DNA of 64,000 bases from NCBI GenBank assembly GCA_944324725.1, contig CALUXJ010000001.1:4481-68480 (forward strand), read 5' to 3'. Shown piece after piece: positions 54,016-63,630 of the stretch. The stretch is from an uncultured Acholeplasmatales bacterium (GTDB taxonomy: Bacteria; Bacillota_I; Bacilli_A; Acholeplasmatales; Anaeroplasmataceae). A program made the translations under genes and the position numbers. The notes beneath the pieces were generated by a model. That model saw only the letters and a program-made list of their open reading frames with translations, searched no databases and was not told the origin of the DNA. The first letter of the stretch is position 1. Every line of letters starts with the position of its first letter.

Positions 54016-55968
54016 ATGAAAAACAAATATGATACATTAGCAGTTAATACTTTGCGGGTTTTAAGTGCTAGTATGATTACTAAGGCAAAAAGTGGTCATC
54101 CAGGAATTTGTTTGGGAAGTGCACCTATTGTTCATGTATTATTTACTGAATTTTTAAATAACTATAGCGGTAATAGTAAATGGCCAGGTCGTGATCGGTT
54201 TGTTTTAAGTGCTGGTCATGGTTCAGCGCTTTTGTATGCTTTATTGCATGTTAGTGGTTTTGATTTAAATATGGAAGATTTAATGGCCTTTAGGCAAAAG
54301 GGAAGTAGGACACCAGGACACCCAGAGTATGGACATACTGCGGGAGTAGAGGTTACTACTGGACCTCTTGGTCAAGGTTTAGCTACAGCAGTTGGTTTTG
54401 CAATGGCGGAAAAGAATTTGGCTAGTCGTTATAATAAGCCAGATGCAACTTTATTTGATTACAAAACCTACGTTTTATGTGGCGATGGTGATCTTCAAGA
54501 AGGCTTAGCAATGGAGGCTTGTTCATTAGCAGGAAACTTTAAATTGGATAATTTAGTTGTTTTGTTTGATTCTAATGATATTCAACTTGATGGTCCAACC
54601 TATAAGGCTACCTCTGATAATATTAAATTAAAATTTGAAGCTATGAACTGGTCTTATTTAAAGGTTGAGGATGGTAATGATTTAGTAGCTATTAGTAAAG
54701 CTATTGCTAAAGCTAATAGTTTAGATAAACCAACTATCATAGAAATAAAAACTATTATTGGCTATGGGGCAAGTAATCAAGGCACTAGTGCTGTTCATGG
54801 TAAACCATTGACAGCTGAACAATTAGAGGAATTAAAAGTAAATTTAGATTATCATTATCCTGAATTTACGGTTCCAAGTGAGGTTTATGATTTATATGCC
54901 CAAACCTTTGGTAAAAGAAGCAAGGCTAGTTATGACAAGTACCAAGATACTTTACAATACTATAAAGAAAAATATCCAAATGAATACAATGAGCTAACAA
55001 TTTTACTTAATAACAACTATCAAGCTAAAGATATTGATTTACCTATTTATGATAGCCCAATTTCAACGCGTAAAGTTACGGGTCAAGTTTTAAGTAAACT
55101 AGCAGAATATTACCCTGGCCTTGTAGCCGGTTCTGCAGATTTGGCAAGCTCATGTATGATTAAGGGTATTGCAGGTGATTTTGCTTATGATAATTATGCT
55201 GGTCGTAATGTTTGCTACGGCGTTAGAGAGCATGCAATGGCTAGTATAGTTAATGGTTTAACTTTAAGTGGACTTAAGGGTGTTGGTTCGGGTTTCTTTG
55301 TATTTTCGGATTATTTAAAAGATTCTATTCGCTTGGGAGCTATTATGCATATTCCAAGTCTATTCATTTTCTCACATGATAGTGTATGTGTTGGTGAAGA
55401 TGGACCAACACATGAGCCGGTTGAACAGTTGGCAGGCTTAAGAGCTATGCCTAATTTAAATGTTGTTCGCCCAGCAGATGCTAAGGAAGCAACATGGGCT
55501 GTTTTAGGGGCTATGCATAATAATACCTATCCTACTGTAATTACTACATCTAGGCAAGATTTACCAGTTTTAGCTGAAACAAATTATTTAGGCTTTATTA
55601 AGGGGGCTTATATTTGTTTTGAGCCAAAGACAGAACCAACCCACATTATTATAAGTTGTGGTTCAGACTTAAATATTTGTCTACAAGCTGCCAAAGAATT
55701 AGAGGCAGAAGGAGTAATGACAAGAGTAGTTAGTATGCCATCTGAATTTATCTTCCGTATGCAAACAGAAGAGTATAAAGAATTAGTTCTTCCACACAAG
55801 ATTACTAAGCGTTTAGCGGTAGAAATGGGTTCAACTCAGCCATGGTATCGTTATGCTAGTAATGTTTTAGGAATTGATGATTTTGGTCAATCAATGCCAA
55901 TCAAACAAATTTATGAGTTCTATGGTTTTACAACATCTCATATTAAAGAATTGATTGAAAAAATGTAG
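54016..55968 (+). CDS. tkt: Transketolase
   Basis: GHPGICLGSAP, SAGHGSALLYALLHVSG, CGDGDLQEG, EDGPTHEPVEQL. Confidence 0.97.
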   Translation: MKNKYDTLAVNTLRVLSASMITKAKSGHPGICLGSAPIVHVLFTEFLNNYSGNSKWPGRDRFVLSAGHGSALLYALLHVSGFDLNMEDLMAFRQKGSRTPGHPEYGHTAGVEVTTGPLGQGLATAVGFAMAEKNLASRYNKPDATLFDYKTYVLCGDGDLQEGLAMEACSLAGNFKLDNLVVLFDSNDIQLDGPTYKATSDNIKLKFEAMNWSYLKVEDGNDLVAISKAIAKANSLDKPTIIEIKTIIGYGASNQGTSAVHGKPLTAEQLEELKVNLDYHYPEFTVPSEVYDLYAQTFGKRSKASYDKYQDTLQYYKEKYPNEYNELTILLNNNYQAKDIDLPIYDSPISTRKVTGQVLSKLAEYYPGLVAGSADLASSCMIKGIAGDFAYDNYAGRNVCYGVREHAMASIVNGLTLSGLKGVGSGFFVFSDYLKDSIRLGAIMHIPSLFIFSHDSVCVGEDGPTHEPVEQLAGLRAMPNLNVVRPADAKEATWAVLGAMHNNTYPTVITTSRQDLPVLAETNYLGFIKGAYICFEPKTEPTHIIISCGSDLNICLQAAKELEAEGVMTRVVSMPSEFIFRMQTEEYKELVLPHKITKRLAVEMGSTQPWYRYASNVLGIDDFGQSMPIKQIYEFYGFTTSHIKELIEKM

Positions 55969-55972
55969 AGGG

Positions 55973-56215
55973 ATGATTAAGGTGACATTACACAAAATAG
56001 CCAAAGAAGATTTAAAAACTTATAGATATCAGCTACTATTGTCAGTTTTTTATTCCATTATGTTGGCAATTGTCTATGGTTATTGGACAATTGTAGCATT
56101 AAATGCATTTTATTTAGGAGTAATAGTCTTTTTAGGGTTTATTCTAGTTGGGAGTATAGTTTACTATTTCTGGGTTAATTATTTAAAAAACAAAAAAGAA
56201 AAGGTAGATGAATAA
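55973..56215 (+). CDS. Small two-TM membrane protein of unknown function
   Basis: TMs LLLSVFYSIMLAIVYGYW and LGVIVFLGFILVGSIVYYFWV. The start is uncertain (TTG 55955, ATG 55973 or GTG 55982). Overlaps the tkt stop region. Confidence 0.45.
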   Translation: MIKVTLHKIAKEDLKTYRYQLLLSVFYSIMLAIVYGYWTIVALNAFYLGVIVFLGFILVGSIVYYFWVNYLKNKKEKVDE

Positions 56216-56915
56216 AATGTACACAAAAAATATTAGAAACTGGGTAGACATGTTAAAAGATGGGGAATTATTCTTTGCTAAACAAACTTATGTAGACTAT
56301 TTTGCAGATATGCAAGAGAACACTTTTTATCAACTATTGGCGCGCCTTAGCAACGAGGGGACAATAAAAAATCTATCTAAGGGCCTTTATTATAAACCAT
56401 ATGCTAATGATTCTAGTAAAGAGCCTAATAAGGAAAATATTATTGAGTTCTTAACTAATAAGGGACGTAATGGTTGTGTAACAGGTGGCAGTTTCTATAA
56501 AGAAAAAGGTATCATTAACTATGATGTGGATTTTGAATATGTTTTTACAAACCTATTAGATATAAAGAGTGTTAGAAAAATTGGCGGTATGTCAGTTTTC
56601 AATTTGGATGTCGATTTTCGTAACGAAATGTATCTAAATATTATTGAATGTTTAGAATTAATAGAGCATATTGACTCTTTTACTAATGTTGATTATGAAG
56701 CATTATACCGTTATTTACGTTCTTTTGCTTCACGTTTCAGTCAATCAGCTTTACTTAAGGTGATTTCTTTACGTAAGTATAAAAAGAGAGTCATTGCGGC
56801 TATCGTTATGATTTTAACTAAATTTAATGTGATTAACACATTACAAAAATTATTAAATAAAGCTAGTAAATATGAAATTCCAGTTAGTATAATAAAAGCT
56901 TTAGATTGGGAGTAA
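56208..56915 (+). CDS. AbiEi/DUF6088-like winged-helix protein (type IV TA antitoxin-like), no partner toxin visible
   Basis: The N-terminus ...FYQLLARLSNEGTIKNLSKGLYYKP matches the L.RL...G.i..l.rGlY pattern of AbiEi-type antitoxin domains. The rest has no recognised motif. Confidence 0.4.
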   Translation: MNKMYTKNIRNWVDMLKDGELFFAKQTYVDYFADMQENTFYQLLARLSNEGTIKNLSKGLYYKPYANDSSKEPNKENIIEFLTNKGRNGCVTGGSFYKEKGIINYDVDFEYVFTNLLDIKSVRKIGGMSVFNLDVDFRNEMYLNIIECLELIEHIDSFTNVDYEALYRYLRSFASRFSQSALLKVISLRKYKKRVIAAIVMILTKFNVINTLQKLLNKASKYEIPVSIIKALDWE

Positions 56916-56918
56916 AAT

Positions 56919-58205
56919 ATGATTGATATTAAATTTTTAAGGGAAAACCCGGATGTTGTTAAACAAAACATCAAAAATAAGTTTCAAGACGAAAAACTGC
57001 CATTAGTTGATGAAGTTATTGCGTTAGATGAACAAATTAGAAAAAATAAAGGTGAAGTTGAAACCTTAAGAGCTAAACGTAATAAAAGCTCACAATTAAT
57101 TGGTAGCTTAATGCGCGAAGGTAAAAAAGAGGAAGCTAACAAGTGTAAAGAAGAAGTTAGCCAAATCAATGATACAATAACAAAAATCGATGAAGAATTA
57201 ACTAAGCTTGAAGCAGAGTTAAAACATCGAATGATGATAATTCCAAATATAATTGATAAGTCAGTACCTATTGGTCGTAATGATTCTGAAAATGTTGAAA
57301 GAGAAAGATTTTTAGAACCTACGCAATATGATTTTGAAGTTCCATATCATTTAGATATTATTGAAAAATTAAATGGTATTGATCTTGATTCAGCACGTCG
57401 AGTTGCAGGTAATGGTTTTTACTATTTAATTGGCAACATTGCCCGCTTACATAGTGCGGTTTTAGCTTATGCTAGAGACTTTATGATTAATAAAGGCTTT
57501 ACCTATGTTATTCCACCATATATGATTCGTTCTAATGTAGTTGATGGCGTTATGTCTTTCAGTGAAATGGATCAAATGATGTATAAGATTGAAGGTGAAG
57601 ATCTTTACTTAATTGGTACTAGTGAACATTCAATGATTGGTAAGTTTATTGGTCAAATTCTAGATAAATCTAAATTGCCATATACCTACACTTCATATAG
57701 CCCATGCTTTAGAAAAGAAAAGGGTGCTCATGGTATTGAAGAAAGAGGTATTTATCGTATCCATCAATTTGAAAAACAAGAAATGATTGTTGTATGTGAG
57801 CCAGAAGACTCAATGGAATGGTTTAAGAAGATGTATAGTTATACAGTTGAACTATTCGTTTCTATGGGTATTCCTTGTCGTACGCTTGAATGTTGTAGTG
57901 GTGACTTGGCTGATTTAAAGGTTAAATCAATAGATGTTGAAGCTTGGTCTCCACGCCAAAAGAAATATTTTGAAGTTGGTTCATGTTCTAACCTTGGTGA
58001 TGCCCAAGCTAGAAGGTTAGGTATTAGAATTAAGGGTGATAAGGGCAATTATTTTGCTCATACCTTAAATAATACAGTAGTTGCTCCACCAAGAATGTTA
58101 ATAGCTTTACTAGAAAACCACTTACATGCTGATGGTAGTGTAGATATTCCAGAAGTATTGTGGCCATACATGGGTGGAACTAAAAAATTAGAACCAAATA
58201 AATAA
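56919..58205 (+). CDS. serS: Seryl-tRNA synthetase
   Basis: MIDIKFLRENPD, an N-terminal coiled coil, class II motifs (FRKEKGAHG, YRIHQFEKQE, GSCSN) and TLNNTVVA. Confidence 0.96.
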   Translation: MIDIKFLRENPDVVKQNIKNKFQDEKLPLVDEVIALDEQIRKNKGEVETLRAKRNKSSQLIGSLMREGKKEEANKCKEEVSQINDTITKIDEELTKLEAELKHRMMIIPNIIDKSVPIGRNDSENVERERFLEPTQYDFEVPYHLDIIEKLNGIDLDSARRVAGNGFYYLIGNIARLHSAVLAYARDFMINKGFTYVIPPYMIRSNVVDGVMSFSEMDQMMYKIEGEDLYLIGTSEHSMIGKFIGQILDKSKLPYTYTSYSPCFRKEKGAHGIEERGIYRIHQFEKQEMIVVCEPEDSMEWFKKMYSYTVELFVSMGIPCRTLECCSGDLADLKVKSIDVEAWSPRQKKYFEVGSCSNLGDAQARRLGIRIKGDKGNYFAHTLNNTVVAPPRMLIALLENHLHADGSVDIPEVLWPYMGGTKKLEPNK

Positions 58206-58227
58206 GACAGACTAGTCTGTCTTATTT
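58203..58227 (+). terminator. Intrinsic terminator after serS
   Basis: TAAGACAGAC-TA-GTCTGTCTTA perfect inverted repeat followed by TTTG. Confidence 0.65.
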
Positions 58228-58252
58228 GTGTTTTATAGAAAGGATTTTAAAA

Positions 58253-58999
58253 ATGCGTTTTATCAGTTGGAATGTTAATGGAATAAGAGCATGTTGGGAA
58301 AAAGGTTTTTTAGACTTTTTTAAACAGGTTGATGCTGATATCTTTGCTATTCAGGAAACCAAAATGCAAGAAGGGCAAAAGGATATTACTATTCCAGGAT
58401 ATCATTGCTATATGAATAGTGCAGAAAAAAAGGGATATAGTGGAACTTTAATTTATACTAAGGAGGAGCCTTTAAGTGTTCATTATGGTTTGCTTGCTGG
58501 TAAATATAATGATGAAGGTCGAGTTATAACTTTAGAATATCCAAACTACTATTTTATAACGATGTATACACCAAATAGTCAGGACCAGTTAAAAAGATTA
58601 AACTATCGTCTTGAATATGAAGAATCATTGAGAGAGTATTTAAAAACCTTAACCAAGCCAGTTGTCTTATGTGGAGATCTTAATGTTGCTCACCAAGAGA
58701 TAGATATTAAAAATCCGAAGGCAAATGAAAGAAATGCAGGCTTTACTATTGAGGAACGAACAGCTTTTTCAACATTATTAGCGGAAGGTTATTTAGACAC
58801 ATTTAGACATTTACATCCTGATTTGGTAAAATATTCGTGGTGGAGCTACCGCATGAATGCCAGAGCTAAAGGAATTGGTTGGAGAATCGATTACTTTTTA
58901 GTTTCTAATAGCTTGGCTTCGCAGGTAGCTGTTGCCGATATTTATACTGATATTTTTGGTAGCGATCATGCACCAATATTATTAGAGATAGCGTTGTAA
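58253..58999 (+). CDS. xth: Exodeoxyribonuclease III (AP endonuclease)
   Basis: MRFISWNVNGIR, IQETK, GDLNVAH, WWSYR, SDHAP. The start is set at ATG 58253 because the track's TTG at 58226 lies inside the serS terminator. Confidence 0.93.
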   Translation: MRFISWNVNGIRACWEKGFLDFFKQVDADIFAIQETKMQEGQKDITIPGYHCYMNSAEKKGYSGTLIYTKEEPLSVHYGLLAGKYNDEGRVITLEYPNYYFITMYTPNSQDQLKRLNYRLEYEESLREYLKTLTKPVVLCGDLNVAHQEIDIKNPKANERNAGFTIEERTAFSTLLAEGYLDTFRHLHPDLVKYSWWSYRMNARAKGIGWRIDYFLVSNSLASQVAVADIYTDIFGSDHAPILLEIAL

Positions 59000-59011
59000 G
59001 GAGGTAATTAT

Positions 59012-59836
59012 ATGACATATCAAATTGTTGTTGATAGTGCAGCAGATATTACGACAAAAGAATATCTAGATGCTAAATATCCAGTTAAGGTGGTTCCTTT
59101 AACTATTAAAATTGGTAGTAAGGAACATATTGATGATGATTCTTTAGATACGAAAAATTTATTAGCTGAAATGGCTGCCTCTAAAGAAAAACAAACAACA
59201 TCTTGTCCTAATCCGGGCGCATTTGAAGCTATCTTTAGAGAAGCAGATTATACGTTTTGTATTACAATTTCTTCTAAATTATCTGGCACCTATAATAGTG
59301 CTTGTCTAGCACGCGATATTGTCAAAAAAGATGGTCATGAAGTAGCAGTTATTGACTCTAAGGCTGTGGCTGGTGTTGAGCGTTTAATGACTCATGATAT
59401 TATTTCTTTATTAAATGAGGGGAAATCTTTTCCGGAAGTTGCTAGTCAAATTAAGTCAGAAAACTACCAACTATTATTCGTTTTATCTAGTTTTGACAAT
59501 TTAGTTAAAAATGGTCGTATGAATAAGTTTACAGGAATGGTCGCTTCATTTTTATCCATTAGACCTTTATTTTGTGCCGACAATGGTGAAATAAAATTAA
59601 TTAAAAAAGTTCGTACTCTTACTAAATCTTTAAATAGCTTAGTTGATGAGATGCCTAACTTGACTCCTAAGTTTAGTAAGGTTGTTATAACCTATGTTGA
59701 TAATTTGCCAACAGCTGAATCATTAAAGGCTAATATTTTGGCTAAATATGCTAATGTTGAGGTTGAGTTAGTGCCTACTAGAGGCCTAACGACTTTTTAT
59801 GCTCAACAAAACGGCATAATAGTGTCTTTCCGTTAA
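59012..59836 (+). CDS. degV: DegV family fatty-acid-binding protein
   Basis: IVVDSAADI, TSCPNPGAF and SSKLSGTYNSA are typical DegV motifs. Confidence 0.9.
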   Translation: MTYQIVVDSAADITTKEYLDAKYPVKVVPLTIKIGSKEHIDDDSLDTKNLLAEMAASKEKQTTSCPNPGAFEAIFREADYTFCITISSKLSGTYNSACLARDIVKKDGHEVAVIDSKAVAGVERLMTHDIISLLNEGKSFPEVASQIKSENYQLLFVLSSFDNLVKNGRMNKFTGMVASFLSIRPLFCADNGEIKLIKKVRTLTKSLNSLVDEMPNLTPKFSKVVITYVDNLPTAESLKANILAKYANVEVELVPTRGLTTFYAQQNGIIVSFR

Positions 59837-59837
59837 G

Positions 59838-61007
59838 ATGTTTAATATTTATTTAAATAAGAATGTTGTTAAGGAATATAAAAGTTCTAGTCCTTTTATA
59901 TATAACAACGAAGTTAATAGTTTTGCCGGAGAAATTAAAAGTGGAAGTATAGCCAAGGTTTATACCTATGACCATAATTTTGTTGGCTTAGGCTTTTTTA
60001 ATGCTGATAGTAAGATTATGGTGCGGTTACTTACAGACAAGGATATAGTAATTAATAGGAGCTTTTGGTTAGAACGTCTAGCCTTAGCCATTAGTCATAG
60101 AGAAAATCTCAATTTAACAGCTAGTAATGCTTTACGTTTAGTATTTGGTGAGGCTGATTTGTTACCAGGGTTAGTAGTAGATAAATATGCCGATATTTTG
60201 GTTTGTCAGTTTACCTCTTTAGGAATGTATAATTTAATGGAGGAAATATGTTCTTGTTTAGTGGAATTATTACACCCCCGGGGCATTTATTATCGTAATG
60301 ATACTAGTGTTAATGCCAAAGAAGGAATACCTTTAACCAAGGGTTTCTTATATAATGAATTTCCTACTCAAGTTTTAGTAGAAGAAAATGGTTTAAAGTT
60401 TTATGTTGATGTAGAAAACGGTCAAAAAACAGGTTATTTTTTAGATCAAAAGTTTAATAGAGATAACCTTAAATATTATGTTAAGGGTAAGGTTGTCCTC
60501 GATTGTTTTTCACATACTGGTGGCTTTGCCTTAAATGCTGCTAAAAATGGGGCTAAAGAGGTAATGGCAGTTGATATTTCTGAATTAGCTGTAAATACTA
60601 TTTTAGCTAATGCTAAGCTTAATGACTTTACTAACATAAATGCTTGTTGTTGCGATGTTTTTGATTATTTAAGAGAAGAGGAAATTAAGGATAAGTATGA
60701 TGTGATAGTACTTGATCCACCAGCCTTTACTAAAGCTAAAGAAACAGTCAAAAAAGCATATAAAGGCTACAAAGATATTAATCTTCAAGCTTTAAAAGCT
60801 TTGAAAAAGGGTGGCTATTTAGTGACTTTTTCCTGCTCTCAGCATATGACACTTGATTTGTTTTTAGCTATGCTTAAGGATGCTGTCAGTGATAGTAAAA
60901 GAATTTGTCAAATGGTAGATTTTCGAATTCAGGCCCCTGACCATCCTACCTTGCTTAATGGTTTAGAATTGTACCTAAAATGTGTCATTTTACGGGTTTT
61001 AGATTAA
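59838..61007 (+). CDS. rlmI: Class I SAM-dependent rRNA (m5C) methyltransferase, RlmI-like, with an N-terminal PUA-like domain
   Basis: GLVVDKYADILVCQF, QKTGYFLDQKFNR, VLDCFSHTGGFAL, VLDPPAF. Confidence 0.85.
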   Translation: MFNIYLNKNVVKEYKSSSPFIYNNEVNSFAGEIKSGSIAKVYTYDHNFVGLGFFNADSKIMVRLLTDKDIVINRSFWLERLALAISHRENLNLTASNALRLVFGEADLLPGLVVDKYADILVCQFTSLGMYNLMEEICSCLVELLHPRGIYYRNDTSVNAKEGIPLTKGFLYNEFPTQVLVEENGLKFYVDVENGQKTGYFLDQKFNRDNLKYYVKGKVVLDCFSHTGGFALNAAKNGAKEVMAVDISELAVNTILANAKLNDFTNINACCCDVFDYLREEEIKDKYDVIVLDPPAFTKAKETVKKAYKGYKDINLQALKALKKGGYLVTFSCSQHMTLDLFLAMLKDAVSDSKRICQMVDFRIQAPDHPTLLNGLELYLKCVILRVLD

Positions 61008-61022
61008 TTGGAGTTGAGATGA

Positions 61023-61832
61023 ATGATTGAGATAAAGGATTTATGGTATGCTTATACCGAAAAAGATCAAGCCTTAAGAGGTATTGATTTAACCATTCAT
61101 AATGAGGAGTGGCTGGCTATTTTAGGTCATAATGGTAGTGGTAAATCAACTTTGTCTAAACTTTTAGTAGGACTTTTAGAACCAACTAAAGGTTCAATTT
61201 ATTATGATGGCATAGAATTAAATGAAAAAAGTATTGGCGAAATTCGAAAAAAGGTAGGTATTGTTTTTCAAAATCCTGATAATCAATTTGTTGGGGTTAA
61301 TGTTAAATATGATGTGGCCTTTGGGCTAGAAAATCGTAATATTGAACGAACTCAAATGCATGAATTAGTAACCAAATGGACTAAAGAAGTTGGCATGTAT
61401 GACTATTTAGAGCGGGAACCAAATACTTTATCAGGCGGGCAAAAACAAAGAGTAGCAATTGCGGGTATTTTAGCTTTAAATCAAGAGGTAATTATTCTTG
61501 ATGAGGCTACTTCAATGCTTGATCCTGATGGGGTTAAAGATATAACTAATTTAATTGTTTCCTTGAAAAATAATTATCATAAAACAATTATTACAATTAC
61601 TCATGATTTAGATTTAGCCAAATTAGCTGACCGTGTAATCGTTTTAAAGGATGGGCAAATTATAGGTGATGGCTTGCCAGAAGATATTTTTAAACAAAGA
61701 GAATTACTACAAAGCTCCAATTTAGATATGCCTTTTAAAATGCGTATTTATCATGAGGCGATGAGTGATCCAATTTTACGTCAAAATAAAAAGCTGGAGG
61801 AGATATTATGGCAATATCATTTAGAGAAGTAG
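61023..61832 (+). CDS. ecfA1: ECF transporter ATPase component A1
   Basis: Walker A GHNGSGKST, VFQNPDNQF, LSGGQKQRVAIAG, ILDEATSMLD. Position upstream of ecfA2-ecfT-truA. Confidence 0.93.
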   Translation: MIEIKDLWYAYTEKDQALRGIDLTIHNEEWLAILGHNGSGKSTLSKLLVGLLEPTKGSIYYDGIELNEKSIGEIRKKVGIVFQNPDNQFVGVNVKYDVAFGLENRNIERTQMHELVTKWTKEVGMYDYLEREPNTLSGGQKQRVAIAGILALNQEVIILDEATSMLDPDGVKDITNLIVSLKNNYHKTIITITHDLDLAKLADRVIVLKDGQIIGDGLPEDIFKQRELLQSSNLDMPFKMRIYHEAMSDPILRQNKKLEEILWQYHLEK

Positions 61833-62668
61833 AACATAATTATGCTGGCCTACGTAAGAATGATTATGTTGCCGCTTTACATAATATCAATTTAGATATT
61901 GCTGCCCAAGATGAATTTGTGGCTGTAGTTGGACAAACTGGTTCTGGCAAGTCGACTTTAGTTAGTCATATGAATGCCTTATTATTGCCAACTAAGGGTT
62001 CTGTTCATATTTTTGACTACGTTATCACTCCTAAAAAGAGAAAAAATCCTAAATTAAAACCAATCAGAAAAAGAATAGGCTTTGTTTTCCAATTTCCAGA
62101 GTATCAATTATTTGAGGAGACAGTTTTAAAAGATATTATGTTTGGTCCCTTGAATTTTGGTTATAAGGAAGAAGAGGCAAAACAAAGAGCCTTACAGGCA
62201 GCTAAAATGTTAGGTATTGGAGCGGATTTACTAGAAAAATCACCATTTAATTTATCCGGTGGTCAAATGCGCAAAGTGGCAATTGCAGGCATTCTAGCTT
62301 ATAATCCAGATATTTTGCTATTAGATGAACCAACCCGTGGTCTTGACCCTAAGACTGCTCTTGAAGTCATGGAAATTTTTAATAGGGTTAATAAGGAATA
62401 TAAAAAGACAATAGTAGTCATAACTCATGATATGAATTTAGTCTATAAATATGCCACTAGAGTTATTGGTATGAAGGACGGAATGGTAAAGTTTGATGGT
62501 AAACCAATTGATTTATTCAGTTCAAATATTTATAAAGAGTGTCATTTAACTAAACCAGATTTATTATGTCTAATTGATTACTTAAATGAAAAAATGAATT
62601 TAAACCTAGGCTATGATATTTATAGTGAAGAAGAACTATTAAAGCGGTTAAAGGAAGTGATTTTATGA
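61808..62668 (+). CDS. ecfA2: ECF transporter ATPase component A2
   Basis: GQTGSGKST, VFQFPEYQLFEETV, LSGGQMRKVAIAG, LLDEPTRGLD. Confidence 0.93.
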   Translation: MAISFREVEHNYAGLRKNDYVAALHNINLDIAAQDEFVAVVGQTGSGKSTLVSHMNALLLPTKGSVHIFDYVITPKKRKNPKLKPIRKRIGFVFQFPEYQLFEETVLKDIMFGPLNFGYKEEEAKQRALQAAKMLGIGADLLEKSPFNLSGGQMRKVAIAGILAYNPDILLLDEPTRGLDPKTALEVMEIFNRVNKEYKKTIVVITHDMNLVYKYATRVIGMKDGMVKFDGKPIDLFSSNIYKECHLTKPDLLCLIDYLNEKMNLNLGYDIYSEEELLKRLKEVIL

Positions 62669-63630
62669 ATGGTATAACTATCGGTCAATATATTCCTGGT
62701 AATAGTTGGCTTCATAGATTAGATCCGCGTAATAAAATTATTTTAACTATCATTTATATGGTTTTGATTTTTATCATTCCTAATATTTATGCGATGATAG
62801 GTTTACTTGGTCTTTATATTCTTTTATATTTGACTACACGGTTGCCAATAAAAAGATTTATTAAGGGTCTTAAACCAATATTATTTTTACTTACGTTTAC
62901 CTTTATCTTGCAGGTTGTTTATACCAAAAGTGGCGATTTGCTTTATACCTTTCACTTTCATTTTGGACTATACCAGCTTTTAATGATAATTGCTTTAGTA
63001 TTAATTTATTTTTTTACAGCTAAGTATATTCCGCTTCGCTTTTTATACCTTTTAACTATTTTTATTTTATGTTTTGTTGTTCAATTGTTTGATTTCAAGA
63101 CGTTAATGTTTGGTCACTATAATTTTGAGATTTATAGTGGTGGTTTAATTCAAGGCTCATTCATCTTTTTAAGAATTGTTTTAATGGTGGGGATTACGAG
63201 TCTATTAACCTTTTCAACTATGTCAAATGATATTAATAATGGCTTACAATCAATATTGAGTCCTTTAGCGAAAATTAAGGTTCCCGTTGGAACCATTTCG
63301 ATGATTTTTTCTCTAACCTTACGTTTTATTCCACTTTTATTTGATGAAACTAACAAAATAATGCGAGCTCAGGCTTCTCGCGGAGTAGATTTTGCAGAGG
63401 GAAGTATTAAAAGTAAGGTGACCCAAATTATCTCTTTATTAATCCCAATGTTTGTTTTAGCCTTTAATAAAGCAGATGACCTAGCTAATGCGATGGAAAC
63501 TAGAGGTTATATAGTAGGAGAAAAGCGCAGTCGTTATGATGAACTGAAATTACAAGCTGTCGATTTTGTAGCAGTAGGTGTGACCATAATTTTATTAGCA
63601 GGAGTTATAACACTCAATGTCTTATTATAG
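62665..63630 (+). CDS. ecfT: ECF transporter transmembrane component T
   Basis: ATGA overlap with ecfA2. LHRLDPRNKI, a multi-TM profile, and the ARG-type motifs QASRGVDF and AMETRGY. Confidence 0.92.
   Translation: MNGITIGQYIPGNSWLHRLDPRNKIILTIIYMVLIFIIPNIYAMIGLLGLYILLYLTTRLPIKRFIKGLKPILFLLTFTFILQVVYTKSGDLLYTFHFHFGLYQLLMIIALVLIYFFTAKYIPLRFLYLLTIFILCFVVQLFDFKTLMFGHYNFEIYSGGLIQGSFIFLRIVLMVGITSLLTFSTMSNDINNGLQSILSPLAKIKVPVGTISMIFSLTLRFIPLLFDETNKIMRAQASRGVDFAEGSIKSKVTQIISLLIPMFVLAFNKADDLANAMETRGYIVGEKRSRYDELKLQAVDFVAVGVTIILLAGVITLNVLL

Noticed and set aside
56880-56918. Looked for a T-box leader or promoter upstream of serS.
   Set aside because: Only 3 nt separate serS from the upstream ORF, so there is no room for a T-box. 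This is noted under the AbiEi-like finding rather than as a feature.
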